Shown here one piece after another: positions 35,665-45,772 of a stretch of DNA of 64,000 nucleotides (position 1 is its first letter; each line of letters begins with the position of its first letter). The stretch lies in the sequence record PQ015379.1, one strand, 5' to 3'. Both the position numbers and the translations under genes were made by a program. Under the pieces are notes generated by a model that saw nothing but the letters and a program-made list of their open reading frames with translations, made no database searches and was not told the DNA's origin.

Positions 35665-36721
35665 CATCATGGGAGAGCTTGAAAAGATTCAAGGTCCGAC
35701 CCGGCACAAAGCGGGCAGCTTTGAAATCGTTTGTCCTTTCCATGAAGATTCTAACCCCTCGCTCGGCATTAACATCAGTCAGGAAGCGAAAGTCCCGGTC
35801 GGCACGTTCAACTGCTGGTCGTGTGGCGCTTCAGGATCGTGGAATAAACTTGCGGCTAAACTCGACCTGCAACAAATCAAATCGTGGCAGCATTTCGAGG
35901 GGACGACAGCCGGGCAGCGTGCACGCTTCAACAGGAAAAAGAAAGAGCGTGAGAACACCAACAACCGTTCGCTTAATCGTCTGCGTGAGGAACTGGGCGG
36001 CGCGATGATTCCGTGGCCCAAAGAAAAAGAATGGCGCGGTTATCCGGGGACAATGATCGAGCGTGTGCAAGGTCAAATGTTCAGCGAGGACAACCGGGAA
36101 GACGTGATGCTCGCTCTACCTATTTACATTAATGGTCGGTATAGGGGCGGCGTAAAAGCGTTGATGGAAAAAGCCGAAACCGGCATGTCCTATATCAACA
36201 CCAAGGGCGACTGGGTAATGGATTATGGGTTGCTCGGTTACGATTTTATCCGCAAGCATGAACTGTTCGGCTGCAAGGCCGTGGTGCTGTGTGAGGGTCC
36301 ACGCGACTGGCTGCGTCTGGTGCTGAATAAAATCCCGGCGTGTGCGGTGCTCGGTGCAAAAATGTTCGGGCCACGAAAGCTGATGCTGTTGCAGGGCCTC
36401 GGTATCACGAAAATTTACACGTTGACGGATAACGACAAAGCAGGCCGGGCCATGGCGCGCTTGATCGAAGGTTTCTGCGAAGGTCAGATCGAATTCGAGG
36501 AACTGCGACTGCCGCGCAAGTTCGATAAAGATGGTGAGTTGATCAAGCTGGACCCGGACGCCGCCAGCCAGAAAATCATCGACAAGGTGAAGGCGCTGGT
36601 CTACGCGTACGACCCTGATCCCAAACCGAAAAAGAAAAAGCCCAAGGCTATCGAGAAAACCAGCAAGGAATTCCCGAAGCTATCCATCGAAAAGAAAGTT
36701 AAGAGGATTAAGAAGCAATGA
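35639..36721 (+). CDS. dnaG: DnaG-type DNA primase
   Basis: CPFHEDSNPS...FNCWSC zinc finger; TOPRIM VLCEGPRD...LTDNDKAG; start MKLDD at 35639. Confidence 0.88.
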   Translation: MKLDDAFTVIMGELEKIQGPTRHKAGSFEIVCPFHEDSNPSLGINISQEAKVPVGTFNCWSCGASGSWNKLAAKLDLQQIKSWQHFEGTTAGQRARFNRKKKERENTNNRSLNRLREELGGAMIPWPKEKEWRGYPGTMIERVQGQMFSEDNREDVMLALPIYINGRYRGGVKALMEKAETGMSYINTKGDWVMDYGLLGYDFIRKHELFGCKAVVLCEGPRDWLRLVLNKIPACAVLGAKMFGPRKLMLLQGLGITKIYTLTDNDKAGRAMARLIEGFCEGQIEFEELRLPRKFDKDGELIKLDPDAASQKIIDKVKALVYAYDPDPKPKKKKPKAIEKTSKEFPKLSIEKKVKRIKKQ

Positions 36722-37014
36722 CCCACCCGATGATCGATCAGGAAACCATCGTCGCACTCAATGTGGCGCTGATGAAAAACCTGCACGTGATGAAAGCGCT
36801 GTACGACGAATTCGGCTACGGCCACCCGATGCCACCGGATGAACAAATCGCAAAATTCCAAGGCAACGTCACCGAAGCAGCCGCCTACGAAATGGCAGTC
36901 GCATTCGCCGATCAGATCAACCGCAATCTCGACATGCTGAAGACGCTGCGTCGTGGCAATATCAAACAGCAGATTCTGAACATCGCCGAAGTAATCGACG
37001 AAAAAGAAATCTAA
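36718..37014 (+). CDS. hypothetical protein
   Basis: 98 aa, ATGA-coupled. Confidence 0.7.
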   Translation: MTHPMIDQETIVALNVALMKNLHVMKALYDEFGYGHPMPPDEQIAKFQGNVTEAAAYEMAVAFADQINRNLDMLKTLRRGNIKQQILNIAEVIDEKEI

Positions 37015-37020
37015 CGCACC

Positions 37021-37064
37021 AAAAGAAAAAGGCCGCGATCCGAAATGGAAAGCGGCCTTTTTTT
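37021..37064. terminator. bidirectional terminator between convergent genes
   Basis: AAAAAGGCCGC...GCGGCCTTTTTTT. Confidence 0.8.
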
Positions 37065-37084
37065 GTGCCCGTAATTCGTGAAAA

Positions 37085-37714
37085 TTACAGGAGGTCAGCG
37101 ATGAACTGCTTCAGCGTCACGTCTTCGACGTTGTTCGCGATGTAGTTCAGGTCGTCGAAGTTCAGTTCGTCGCGGCGCATCGAAATGTCGTCCATCAGGT
37201 CGGCCATGTCTTCGCCTTCGTTCAGCGCACGGTTCACGATACCGGCAACGAACGGGGTTGGGTTGTACGACTCTTCGTTCTGCACCGGGGCCTGCGGGGA
37301 AACAGGCGGCGCGATATCGGTGCGCATTTCCAGCATTTCCGGAACGTTCGATTCTTTGTCGCTGGCGTTCATTTGCAGAACGCGTTGAATTTCCTGCTTC
37401 GCTTTCGGGCTGGCTTGAATTGCGGCTTCAGCGTCGTCCGGGTGTGCGATGGCGATTTCGCCCAGCTGGCACAGTTGGCGGAAATGCTTGTTCAGCAGCA
37501 GGTTTTTGCGCGGGGCGAACAGGGTCATGTCGATGGGGACGAAAGTTTTCGGAATCACGATGGATTGCAGAGTTTCGTCGTCGCCTTTCACCGTCAGGTT
37601 GATGTTGCCTGCGGGCTTGGTGCGGTTCATCACGTACAGCGGAACGTCGTCGCGCTTCAGCGCTTCGGTGACGGTCAGGGGGCGCATGAGGGCAGTGCTT
37701 TGGTTACGGCTCAT
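37085..37714 (-). CDS. hypothetical protein
   Basis: 209 aa ORF. Confidence 0.7.
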   Translation of the reverse strand: MSRNQSTALMRPLTVTEALKRDDVPLYVMNRTKPAGNINLTVKGDDETLQSIVIPKTFVPIDMTLFAPRKNLLLNKHFRQLCQLGEIAIAHPDDAEAAIQASPKAKQEIQRVLQMNASDKESNVPEMLEMRTDIAPPVSPQAPVQNEESYNPTPFVAGIVNRALNEGEDMADLMDDISMRRDELNFDDLNYIANNVEDVTLKQFIADLL

Positions 37715-38259
37715 TCGGGTGTTTCCTCGTCTTCGCTTGGGTAGAATTGTTCGAGTTCTTTATCTGAAATCTCGAACAGCATGTGAATTTTCGGGCTGCC
37801 GTATTTCGACATATGCTCTTTATCTAACAGCATCGGAATCATTTCGTATTCAAGCCCCAGTTCCGGGTCGAGAAATAGAGGATGTTCCGCGATCTTTTTG
37901 GTGATCGGCGTTTCTTCCACAAGATCCTCGCACACATAGGTGCGGAAGTCCTGCGCGGCATGGTAAACGGCGATCAACGCAGCAACCCGGTCACAGGCGG
38001 CCTTGCGAGCGATCAGCACCTCACGCTTTGTCAGGTGTGGCAATTTCAACAGACGGAGTTCAACGTCTGTCAAACCTTTTGGCTGGTCTTTCTTTTTCTT
38101 TTTCTTCGCTTGCTCTTGCTCGCCCTTTGAACTGGCGAACGTGGCGTCAAGGGCCATGCAACGACGTTTGGTTTGCAGCGTGTGATACTTGCAGGTAGTC
38201 ACACGACACTTCGTAGCAAACTCGTAGTCACTAAGCGGGCACTGGTTATTTGTTTCCAA
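37711..38259 (-). CDS. hypothetical protein with Cys-rich N-terminus
   Basis: CPL...CRVTTCKYH...C. Confidence 0.65.
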   Translation of the reverse strand: METNNQCPLSDYEFATKCRVTTCKYHTLQTKRRCMALDATFASSKGEQEQAKKKKKKDQPKGLTDVELRLLKLPHLTKREVLIARKAACDRVAALIAVYHAAQDFRTYVCEDLVEETPITKKIAEHPLFLDPELGLEYEMIPMLLDKEHMSKYGSPKIHMLFEISDKELEQFYPSEDEETPE

Positions 38260-38695
38260 GGGGGAATTCAGTTTCGTACAGGAAGCATTGGAAGGTCAGG
38301 CGGTGCAGCACAAATTCGCGCTCGCCGCCCGGCATCTTCGAATAGCCGGTGCTGGTATTTTTCAGACGCAGGCAATTCAGCTTGCGAGTGGCCATCACAC
38401 GTTTCGAATTCGATTCGGTATACAAGAAAATTTCTTTCGGCAATTCAATCGTGCCGTAGGCAATCCCGTACAGGTATTCGATGTTTTGCAGACGCTCGAC
38501 GACCCCCAGTTGCAACTGGTAGGGGCGGGTTTTCTCTTCGTACCCCATGGCATCGAAATCCAGATTCGCGTAAACCACGTTATCCAGAAAGATTTCAGGC
38601 ATCTTGTTTTTGGTTGCGTCGGGATTGTTCCCGATGGAAAACCCGGCCCGTGTCAGCTTTACGTCGAATGTGTAGACTGGTGTATCTGCTTTCAT
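38246..38695 (-). CDS. hypothetical protein
   Basis: 149 aa ORF. Confidence 0.7.
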   Translation of the reverse strand: MKADTPVYTFDVKLTRAGFSIGNNPDATKNKMPEIFLDNVVYANLDFDAMGYEEKTRPYQLQLGVVERLQNIEYLYGIAYGTIELPKEIFLYTESNSKRVMATRKLNCLRLKNTSTGYSKMPGGEREFVLHRLTFQCFLYETEFPLGNK

Positions 38696-38742
38696 TTTTG
38701 ACGCCCATTTTATGGTCCAATGTTCCCTTATATTTACATTAT

Positions 38743-39375
38743 TTAAAGGGAAGGGGCGTCCAAAAGTACGTTGAACAAACGGGTTTCGTCCGTATGACTT
38801 TTGATAAAATCATAGGGTTTCACGCGAAGCAGACGGGCCGCGTGATAAAGCGCGATAAAGAACGAATCCAGCTGGTGAATCACGATCCCGGCCCCTTTGT
38901 ATTTGACCTTGAGGTCTTCATACATTTCTTTCAAATCGGCTGGGGTCCGGTTGAATTCGTTTTTCCACGTGGCCGCCGTGTAAAACTCGGTTGGAATGTC
39001 CGGATGAATCAGCAGCATGGCCCCAAGCATCATGCCAATGGCTTCGACCGTGGTGCCAGCCCCGCGACCGGGCCGCGATTGGAAGCGTTCGGCTGCGATG
39101 AAATCAATGGTTTCGAGCGGGAGCGTTTTGTACTCTTTGACGAACTCGACGCATTCGGTTTGCGCCAGCTTCACGTCATGAATCATGTGCTCCATCATTT
39201 TGGTGCCAATGACCTTGAAGCGCATTCCGCCTTCTGGTCCCAACCACGCTTCGATTACCGTCACCGCGTAGTTTTTTGTGCCCATGTCTTCGCCCATTAC
39301 ACGAATGCGTTTGGTGCGCGGCACAGGCAATTCTTGTTTGACCGGTTTGGCTTTCGCCTTCCGTTTACGGGCCAT
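38743..39375 (-). CDS. RuvC-like Holliday junction resolvase
   Basis: RVMGEDMGTKNYAV, FIAAERFQSR, HQLDS; basic N-tail. Confidence 0.7.
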   Translation of the reverse strand: MARKRKAKAKPVKQELPVPRTKRIRVMGEDMGTKNYAVTVIEAWLGPEGGMRFKVIGTKMMEHMIHDVKLAQTECVEFVKEYKTLPLETIDFIAAERFQSRPGRGAGTTVEAIGMMLGAMLLIHPDIPTEFYTAATWKNEFNRTPADLKEMYEDLKVKYKGAGIVIHQLDSFFIALYHAARLLRVKPYDFIKSHTDETRLFNVLLDAPSL

Positions 39376-39462
39376 GGGTCAGTCTCCTATCTCATACCAC
39401 TTAATTACAATTCGCATCCTCGGTTTTTCGACCAGTAATTTAAAGGGAACGGAGGACATTCT

Positions 39463-40551
39463 ATGATCAAACGCGGACCCAGCAATGTGCGGCGCAATCA
39501 CGCCCGCAACTTCATCCAAACGCAGGCGCAAGCCCGCATGGATGAAACGGTTAAGGCTTACAACCATCAAGTTTCCAATGCGCTGGCCGTCAACGCGGTG
39601 CAGATTGTTTTGTATCAGGTAGAACGGCAGGTCGGGCGCCCCTGTTCCTGCTGCCGAACCAACGTTGCAATTCCGGGCAGCGTTTCCAACGTAACGCCCA
39701 CGATTCCCCAGCGCGACAGGGCAACGGACGGTATTGAATTCGGTTTCCAAGACGACGATATTTTCGGCGCGGAATCGGAAATGGATCAGCACATGTTCAA
39801 CGATGTGCAGGTGCGCGACGTTTCCGGTAGTCAGCCCGACGAAGGTCTGCGCGGAATTGAAACGGAAGAGTACGAAGATTCGGTAGGCCAAGGTTCGGTG
39901 AATTGCGGTATCTGTTACCGCTCGCTGAAACAGCCGGGCTACAAAGCGTATGGTATGCAGCGCACGATTTACACGCACTACGATATCGAACGCATCGAAG
40001 GCTACCATCTGGATTCCACCAGCGCCCCGCACGCGTTGGTACGCGAACACAACGACGGCCATGTGTGCTTCCGTCTGATGATCCCGAAATATTTCAAGTC
40101 GGTGATCTACAGCATTCGCGAAGATTTGTACGTGCTGCGTGAGAAACCGCTGCGCAAAGACGGCGCTATCATCACCATCGACGACCTGCGCCGTCACGCC
40201 GGGCAGTTCATGGAAATTTACGTGAAGTCCGAGCGCTTTACCCACGTCGTTTTCGAATTCGACATGGGCATCCCTCGGATCAACGCGAACATTGGCGGGG
40301 AAACCACGACCCTCGATTACGACCGGCTGCAAACCATGAGCGATATTCCTATTGTTTTGGGTCCGGAAGTTTCGGACGTGAACGAAGGCGATATCGTGTG
40401 CATTCCCGAACGAAATCTGTACCTGAAAATCCGCGACAAAGAACGGAAGATCATGCAGGATCAAGCCCGGTTGGAATGGGTGTGTTCGTCCCGTGTTCTT
40501 CAACCCACTGAGCCACTGCGTGCCATTGCCAAAGGATACAAACTGCGATGA
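39463..40551 (+). CDS. possible virion (neck/head-closure-like) protein
   Basis: 362 aa; PCSCC and NCGICY pairs; GGAGG RBS; function is a weak guess. Confidence 0.4.
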   Translation: MIKRGPSNVRRNHARNFIQTQAQARMDETVKAYNHQVSNALAVNAVQIVLYQVERQVGRPCSCCRTNVAIPGSVSNVTPTIPQRDRATDGIEFGFQDDDIFGAESEMDQHMFNDVQVRDVSGSQPDEGLRGIETEEYEDSVGQGSVNCGICYRSLKQPGYKAYGMQRTIYTHYDIERIEGYHLDSTSAPHALVREHNDGHVCFRLMIPKYFKSVIYSIREDLYVLREKPLRKDGAIITIDDLRRHAGQFMEIYVKSERFTHVVFEFDMGIPRINANIGGETTTLDYDRLQTMSDIPIVLGPEVSDVNEGDIVCIPERNLYLKIRDKERKIMQDQARLEWVCSSRVLQPTEPLRAIAKGYKLR

Positions 40552-41033
40552 ACCATAAACCATACACTCTGACCCTGCACGACAACGAAACCGAAGTCGT
40601 GGTCGATATCGATAACAAAACCATCAGCGCCCGCAACCACGAAGATTCCGTGTTCCGTTTGCGTGGCCATGGTATCGGTTTCATTATCAACGAATCGAAA
40701 AACTGGATCGAACCCGAGGTGGAAACTGTGATGGCCAATTGTGCCGTTACTTTCACCAATTTCGTACGCGATCAGTTTCTGTCGTTGCACGCGTGGGAGC
40801 CGTGGCGCAAGTATCCGGACCTGATCAAGATCCGTCTGGCCTCGAAGTGCATGTACCTGATTTTCGACCGCCCGCAAGATGGCCCGCGTCTGAATTTCAC
40901 CAATTCGCAAATCGGCGAAGAGTGGCCGCAAATCATCAACAAAAATCAGGATGTCTTCACCCTGCATCGCGGGCACATCACAAGCGGTTCGCCGGATGGG
41001 GGCTGCCTGCAATTCATGTACAGCCTGAAATGA
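40548..41033 (+). CDS. hypothetical protein
   Basis: 161 aa coupled ORF. Confidence 0.7.
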   Translation: MNHKPYTLTLHDNETEVVVDIDNKTISARNHEDSVFRLRGHGIGFIINESKNWIEPEVETVMANCAVTFTNFVRDQFLSLHAWEPWRKYPDLIKIRLASKCMYLIFDRPQDGPRLNFTNSQIGEEWPQIINKNQDVFTLHRGHITSGSPDGGCLQFMYSLK

Positions 41034-41206
41034 AAGATTTCCTGCGATCCCTCAAAGTTTACCGCTGGCTTGTCGGCGGTCGTTGGGAACGTTGGTATCA
41101 CGACCCCGGCCATTATGTGCTGTGGTATCAATGGGATACCGAAGTCGAAGGCCAGCGCCCACACCCTGCCTGCAAAGGCCAACCAATTGTCGAGGTTTAC
41201 GAATGA
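41030..41206 (+). CDS. small Trp-rich hypothetical protein (58 aa)
   Basis: MKDFLRSLKVYRWLVGGRWERW...; ATGA overlaps on both sides. Confidence 0.6.
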   Translation: MKDFLRSLKVYRWLVGGRWERWYHDPGHYVLWYQWDTEVEGQRPHPACKGQPIVEVYE

Positions 41207-41793
41207 AACTCCCGGTCTACAAATGCCACAAAGAAGTCGAAGCTTTCAAAATCCAATCCATTACCGCGCAGGCATTGGGCACCGCTGCTGGTGATATCGT
41301 GCCGCCTGTATTGGTGGCTGTTGGCTTGAACGATGATGGTTCGCCACGGCTGCTGCCATCGGCACAGAAAACCGAATACGTGCTGGCTGATGAAACCGGT
41401 GAATTCTCGGTCGTTGTTGACGAAGATTTCATCACGCGCCACAACGTCTACACCGAAGGCTATTTCGTGCGTTATTCGAATGGCCACCAGTCGTTCAGTC
41501 CGAAAGAAGCGTTCGAAGAGGGCTACACGGTTTCCGAAGAAAAACGGGTAATCGTTATCCGTGTTGGTAACGACCGTTGGACCCCGAGCATGGACGACCT
41601 GCAACAGGTTATGGAAATGTTCATGCACGCAACCCTCGATCCGGAAGGCGCGGTCGTTGCGGTCAACCACGCAGTACGTCTCGAATTGGATCAGGTGCTT
41701 CGTACCGAAACCGACAATCTGTACGTCTGTTCCATCGATGAAAAGCGCGATTTGAAAACCCTTCTGGCCCAAGCGAAGGAGAATAAAGAATGA
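41203..41793 (+). CDS. two-domain protein; N-domain resembles modules commonly fused to DUF2829/Acb2-type sponges
   Basis: YKCHKEVEAFKI...EGYFVRYSNGHQSFSPKEAFEEGY; start MKLPVY at 41203. Confidence 0.55.
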   Translation: MKLPVYKCHKEVEAFKIQSITAQALGTAAGDIVPPVLVAVGLNDDGSPRLLPSAQKTEYVLADETGEFSVVVDEDFITRHNVYTEGYFVRYSNGHQSFSPKEAFEEGYTVSEEKRVIVIRVGNDRWTPSMDDLQQVMEMFMHATLDPEGAVVAVNHAVRLELDQVLRTETDNLYVCSIDEKRDLKTLLAQAKENKE

Positions 41794-42557
41794 AAGAAAT
41801 GGTGATTGCCAGCAACATGATTGCGCTGGCGCGTAACCACAAAGAACAGGCGAAGAAACGCAGCGCCATGTTGCGCATGATCATGCCGCTTTTGTCCAAG
41901 GAAACCGGCGACAAACTGGCCAACGCGATCAGCAAGCAAGACACTCGCCATTTCATCAAATTGTGGGATCACATCAAACGCGAAATCACGCACAAACTGG
42001 ATGCCGAGCACCACAAGCACAAACATCATTTGGCCGTGGCCAGCATGGGCGATATCACGCGGGAAGAATGGGCAGCGATGCACCCCGGTGAATGTGCGGC
42101 AAAAGAAACGCCTGCGCGTCTGGAATCCCCGGAACCGACGTACGCGGACGTTACGACTTTTCAGCGTGACGATGAAACCAGCATTTCCATCACGACTTAC
42201 GGCCCACGGAAAATTCGCATTTCTTTGAATGGTAATACCGTTCTTGAAACGCAGCCTACGCAAGGCGTTCCGCCAGCCGTTGCCCAAGGTGAAGAGGTTC
42301 CAACCCCAGCGTATCCGGCGAGCATTGAACAATGCATCAACACCGAACAGATTTGCAAACTGGTCAAGATGGTTTGCGAACGTTTGCTGATGCAGGCTGA
42401 CCCATGCCCGCTGCCACCGCGTCTGATGAAGATGCCTGAAAACTGCGCGGAACACGATTGGCCGGATTGCAAAGTTTGTTTGCATGGGATCAAAGGTTTT
42501 GATTTCAACGCAAACATCCTTGAACTCTACGACAAGCTGTGTGCCTCCAGCATTTAA
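41790..42557 (+). CDS. hypothetical protein with His-rich linker
   Basis: 255 aa; EHHKHKHHLAVAS; C-terminal C..HDWPDCKVC. Confidence 0.7.
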   Translation: MKEMVIASNMIALARNHKEQAKKRSAMLRMIMPLLSKETGDKLANAISKQDTRHFIKLWDHIKREITHKLDAEHHKHKHHLAVASMGDITREEWAAMHPGECAAKETPARLESPEPTYADVTTFQRDDETSISITTYGPRKIRISLNGNTVLETQPTQGVPPAVAQGEEVPTPAYPASIEQCINTEQICKLVKMVCERLLMQADPCPLPPRLMKMPENCAEHDWPDCKVCLHGIKGFDFNANILELYDKLCASSI

Positions 42558-42574
42558 CAGCGTTTGCAGTGCCC

Positions 42575-42604
42575 AAAGGGGAGCCGAAAGGTTCCCCTTT
42601 TTTA
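42575..42604 (+). terminator. intrinsic terminator
   Basis: AAAGGGGAGCC-GAAA-GGTTCCCCTTT plus T tract. Confidence 0.8.
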
Positions 42605-42624
42605 TTGCCTTTTTTACCTAATCA

Positions 42625-42653
42625 TTCGAAACCCAACCTAATGGGGGTACAAT
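42625..42653 (+). promoter_or_regulatory. sigma70-like promoter candidate
   Basis: TTCGAA-17 nt-TACAAT. Confidence 0.35.
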
Positions 42654-43187
42654 GAAAGGCCCTAAAAACTGGCCGACGAACGGTAAATCCTAGGGCCAAA
42701 AAACTGTAAACAGTGGGTGTGTAGTTATGGATGGCAAGTGACAGAACGATTCATCGTTTGGAACGACGCGAGCGAAGCGAAGCCCGCAGAGGATTGCATA
42801 GTGCACAGAACGTTTTATCGAACTGAACGTTCAGAGAAAACCACACAGTGAAGCGTAAGCGAAACGATAGCGACTAACGCGTAGCGTTAGGAGCGGTGGC
42901 GTAGCCACCCGTAATAGAGAAGCGTTAACCAATCCCCCTTTCCCCCAGCGGAGTGGAGAGCAGGAAAAGAAAGGATTGCAGGGCATGTGTTTATTAGAAC
43001 TTTTAAGGAGAGGTCTGTCCGCGTTGTTTGTGCTTCGCAAAAACAATGGACCTTCGATTCAATGCTCGTTACCTACGGTAACTGCGCTCGAAGAGCGCCC
43101 CCTCCCCAGTTCCGCAGCCCCCTCCCCCGCCAGCCTGCCGACCGCCCGCGCCGAACCGTTTGACCCTGTACAAAAGAGGAACTGAAA

Positions 43188-44153
43188 ATGCCGTCTATTT
43201 ACCTGCCTGTTTATGCGCATGCCGATTCACAAAAAGGCAAATGCCTTGCAGCCCAATACGCAGGCATGCAAAGCATTCTGGTGCAAAGCTGCGTTGCGCT
43301 GGCAGCTGTTTCGGAAGGCCGGGCTAATCCTTTGTGGGATTTGCCAGAACACATTGTTGCCAAATACACCGACCCGGATAAAGCGATTGCAACCGCTGAC
43401 ATTATCGCGCAGCGAATCATTGAACGTTTCGACATTCGCAATTACAACGATTGGCTGGATGTTCGGCCTACGATTGAGCGCCTGTATTCGTCGGTGGCGG
43501 TGTTTGAAGACAACGACCTGTACACCGAACACGTGCGCTTCCATGATCGCTGGTACACCCGCGAATGGGAAAAAGTGACGTTCAAAAAACCGAAAGGTGA
43601 AGACGGTTTCATGCTGCACCTCGACGACAGCGACGGCAATGTGGGGATCGCGGTTGCGGTCGATGGTGCTGAATTCAAATCGCTGAAAAGCGGTAGCCTG
43701 CTGTACCGCAAAACTTCGCAAAATTCCCGTGACAAACACCCGAGCCTGAAGGCGTACAAGGAAAACGGGAACTGGAAGAAAATGATGGAAGTCTACAGCG
43801 GCTTCGATCTGTTCAAAGCCCGTGATCGTTCGCAACTGATTAGCCAGTGCGCGGTGGAAGCCCTCGAATCGGCGGCGCACCTGATCATCATGTCGCCGGG
43901 CAGCCGTGAAGAAACCAAATTCAATTTGACCAACGGTTTTAACGAAGTGGTCGAGCTTTTGGAATTGGCGGCCCTTCAGACGCGCCATCGCGATTTGGAA
44001 AAACGCGTTTTCGTAGATCACGCGGCCACCTACGGCCTCAAGGCACAATGCGAATCTGCGAACCCTGCTGCCGAAATGGCGGCGATGTTGACGGCCTTCT
44101 ACCGCCCGGATCTGGTGCGTTCGAAGAAAAAGAAAACTGTAAAATCTAAGTAG
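43188..44153 (+). CDS. hypothetical protein
   Basis: 321 aa; AGAGGA RBS; first gene after 630-bp noncoding gap. Confidence 0.8.
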   Translation: MPSIYLPVYAHADSQKGKCLAAQYAGMQSILVQSCVALAAVSEGRANPLWDLPEHIVAKYTDPDKAIATADIIAQRIIERFDIRNYNDWLDVRPTIERLYSSVAVFEDNDLYTEHVRFHDRWYTREWEKVTFKKPKGEDGFMLHLDDSDGNVGIAVAVDGAEFKSLKSGSLLYRKTSQNSRDKHPSLKAYKENGNWKKMMEVYSGFDLFKARDRSQLISQCAVEALESAAHLIIMSPGSREETKFNLTNGFNEVVELLELAALQTRHRDLEKRVFVDHAATYGLKAQCESANPAAEMAAMLTAFYRPDLVRSKKKKTVKSK

Positions 44154-44182
44154 AAGTAACGAAATCCACCTAGGACAACATC

Positions 44183-44809
44183 ATGCTTGAGGTCAGTATC
44201 TTTGATCGACCATTTGTGAATGCGTGCCGGGCCATCGCTGATGGGCTGTGCTTGTACGACAATAGTCTCTACTATTTCGCAAACGGTCTGGCCATCGGTT
44301 TTAAAGAAAAACGCCCGTACACCGTTCCAACCGATCAAGGGTACTGGGTGCCTAGCGGCACTCGCTCTAAAGGTTCCATGGTAGTCCGCGCCGAACTGGA
44401 AAAGGTGAACGCGCAATATACGTTGCTGAACTACGTTCGGAATAATTTCGACCACTACGTCGAATCCGTGATGTTGAGCGGTGACACGGGCGACATTTGG
44501 AAACACGTGCGGGTGCTGGTGGCGAATGACCGGGTGTACATTCAGTTTCCGGAAATTCGCGGACGCATCCACCTCAAAGATAAAACGGTTCGCTTGAAAA
44601 CCCCAATGCCGCCGATGCCCATTACGGTTATGCCTGAATTGGTCGAGAAGCTTTTGGGTATTTGCGAGGCGGCAGAACTGCCCCTCGATTTTGATCCAAT
44701 GGTAGTGATTGCGAACGCGTACCGTGGAACCTGTGGTACTGGCCAGCATGTAGCGGCCCACGGTTACGCAATGGTCCTTTTGCTGCAAAACAAAATTGAA
44801 GGTATGTGA
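44183..44809 (+). CDS. hypothetical protein
   Basis: 208 aa; ACTGTAAA at 44136-44143 upstream. Confidence 0.75.
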   Translation: MLEVSIFDRPFVNACRAIADGLCLYDNSLYYFANGLAIGFKEKRPYTVPTDQGYWVPSGTRSKGSMVVRAELEKVNAQYTLLNYVRNNFDHYVESVMLSGDTGDIWKHVRVLVANDRVYIQFPEIRGRIHLKDKTVRLKTPMPPMPITVMPELVEKLLGICEAAELPLDFDPMVVIANAYRGTCGTGQHVAAHGYAMVLLLQNKIEGM

Positions 44810-45459
44810 TGAAATACACCGAAGATCAAGTCAACAATTTTCTGGAAGACCTGCTGGCCCTGCGTGAAAGCGGGCCGGTGTTCAACGCCCGTGTAGAACA
44901 AGGCGTGATGAAATACCAATCGTGTGTGCCGGGGCGCCACGCAATCCAAGACACTGACGGCAAGATTTACAACGTAACGTTCGCTGATGATACGGCGGTT
45001 GTCGGTGTGCATAACAGCGGCCCGACCAAAATTTTCTACGCTGCTGGTTTGTCGCAGTACAAAATTCTGGAAATCGGCGCCAAGAAAACTGTTCGCATCG
45101 ACAACGTTTCGTACGAAGCGGTCGGTGAATTGCCGGGCGTCGGTTCGTTGTGGACGCATCACAGCGGGCGCCCGTATCTGGTGTTCGGCTACGCCAACCT
45201 CGATGCCAAACCTGAAAAATACGACGAATATCCGCCGCTGATTCTGTACGTCGGCCAGAACGGCAAAGTGTGGGCGAAAACCGAGCAACGCTTCAAGGAA
45301 ACGATGGCCCGTGGCGGTCGCTTCCAATTCCAAGAGAATGCTGGTTTCGAATATATGGGCATTCTCGAAAACGACGAACTGGTCAATGGCTATATCACTC
45401 GCGAAGTGCGCCAGCTGGCCGAACAATCCCAAGGGCTGATCGAACATGTCGAAGAATAA
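44809..45459 (+). CDS. hypothetical protein with C-terminal DUF1653-like domain
   Basis: WTHHSGRPYLV...LILYVGQNGKVWAK...F. Confidence 0.6.
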   Translation: MKYTEDQVNNFLEDLLALRESGPVFNARVEQGVMKYQSCVPGRHAIQDTDGKIYNVTFADDTAVVGVHNSGPTKIFYAAGLSQYKILEIGAKKTVRIDNVSYEAVGELPGVGSLWTHHSGRPYLVFGYANLDAKPEKYDEYPPLILYVGQNGKVWAKTEQRFKETMARGGRFQFQENAGFEYMGILENDELVNGYITREVRQLAEQSQGLIEHVEE

Positions 45460-45772
45460 CGAACCACACTACCTGTATCGTTACCGTGCGTGGGACAAAA
45501 ACGTCTACTACGGGAACCGCGACGTTTCCCAACTGACCACCGAGCAAGTCGAAGCCGGTTGGGGTCCGTGGGAATGGATCGACGAACAGAAATACGAAGA
45601 AATTCTGCGCTACATTTCGTGGCAGAATCCTTGCCATTATCAGGCGCAGAAACTGCTGGTCGATGTTCACGAAGACACTTCGTTCTGTCCCAAGCGCTGG
45701 ATCGCGGATTCATACGCTGATCGTCTGGCCGCGCAGCAGAAAATGCGCGAAGAAAAAGGCCGCACAGCATGA
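45446..45772 (+). CDS. hypothetical protein
   Basis: 108 aa coupled ORF. Confidence 0.7.
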   Translation: MSKNNEPHYLYRYRAWDKNVYYGNRDVSQLTTEQVEAGWGPWEWIDEQKYEEILRYISWQNPCHYQAQKLLVDVHEDTSFCPKRWIADSYADRLAAQQKMREEKGRTA

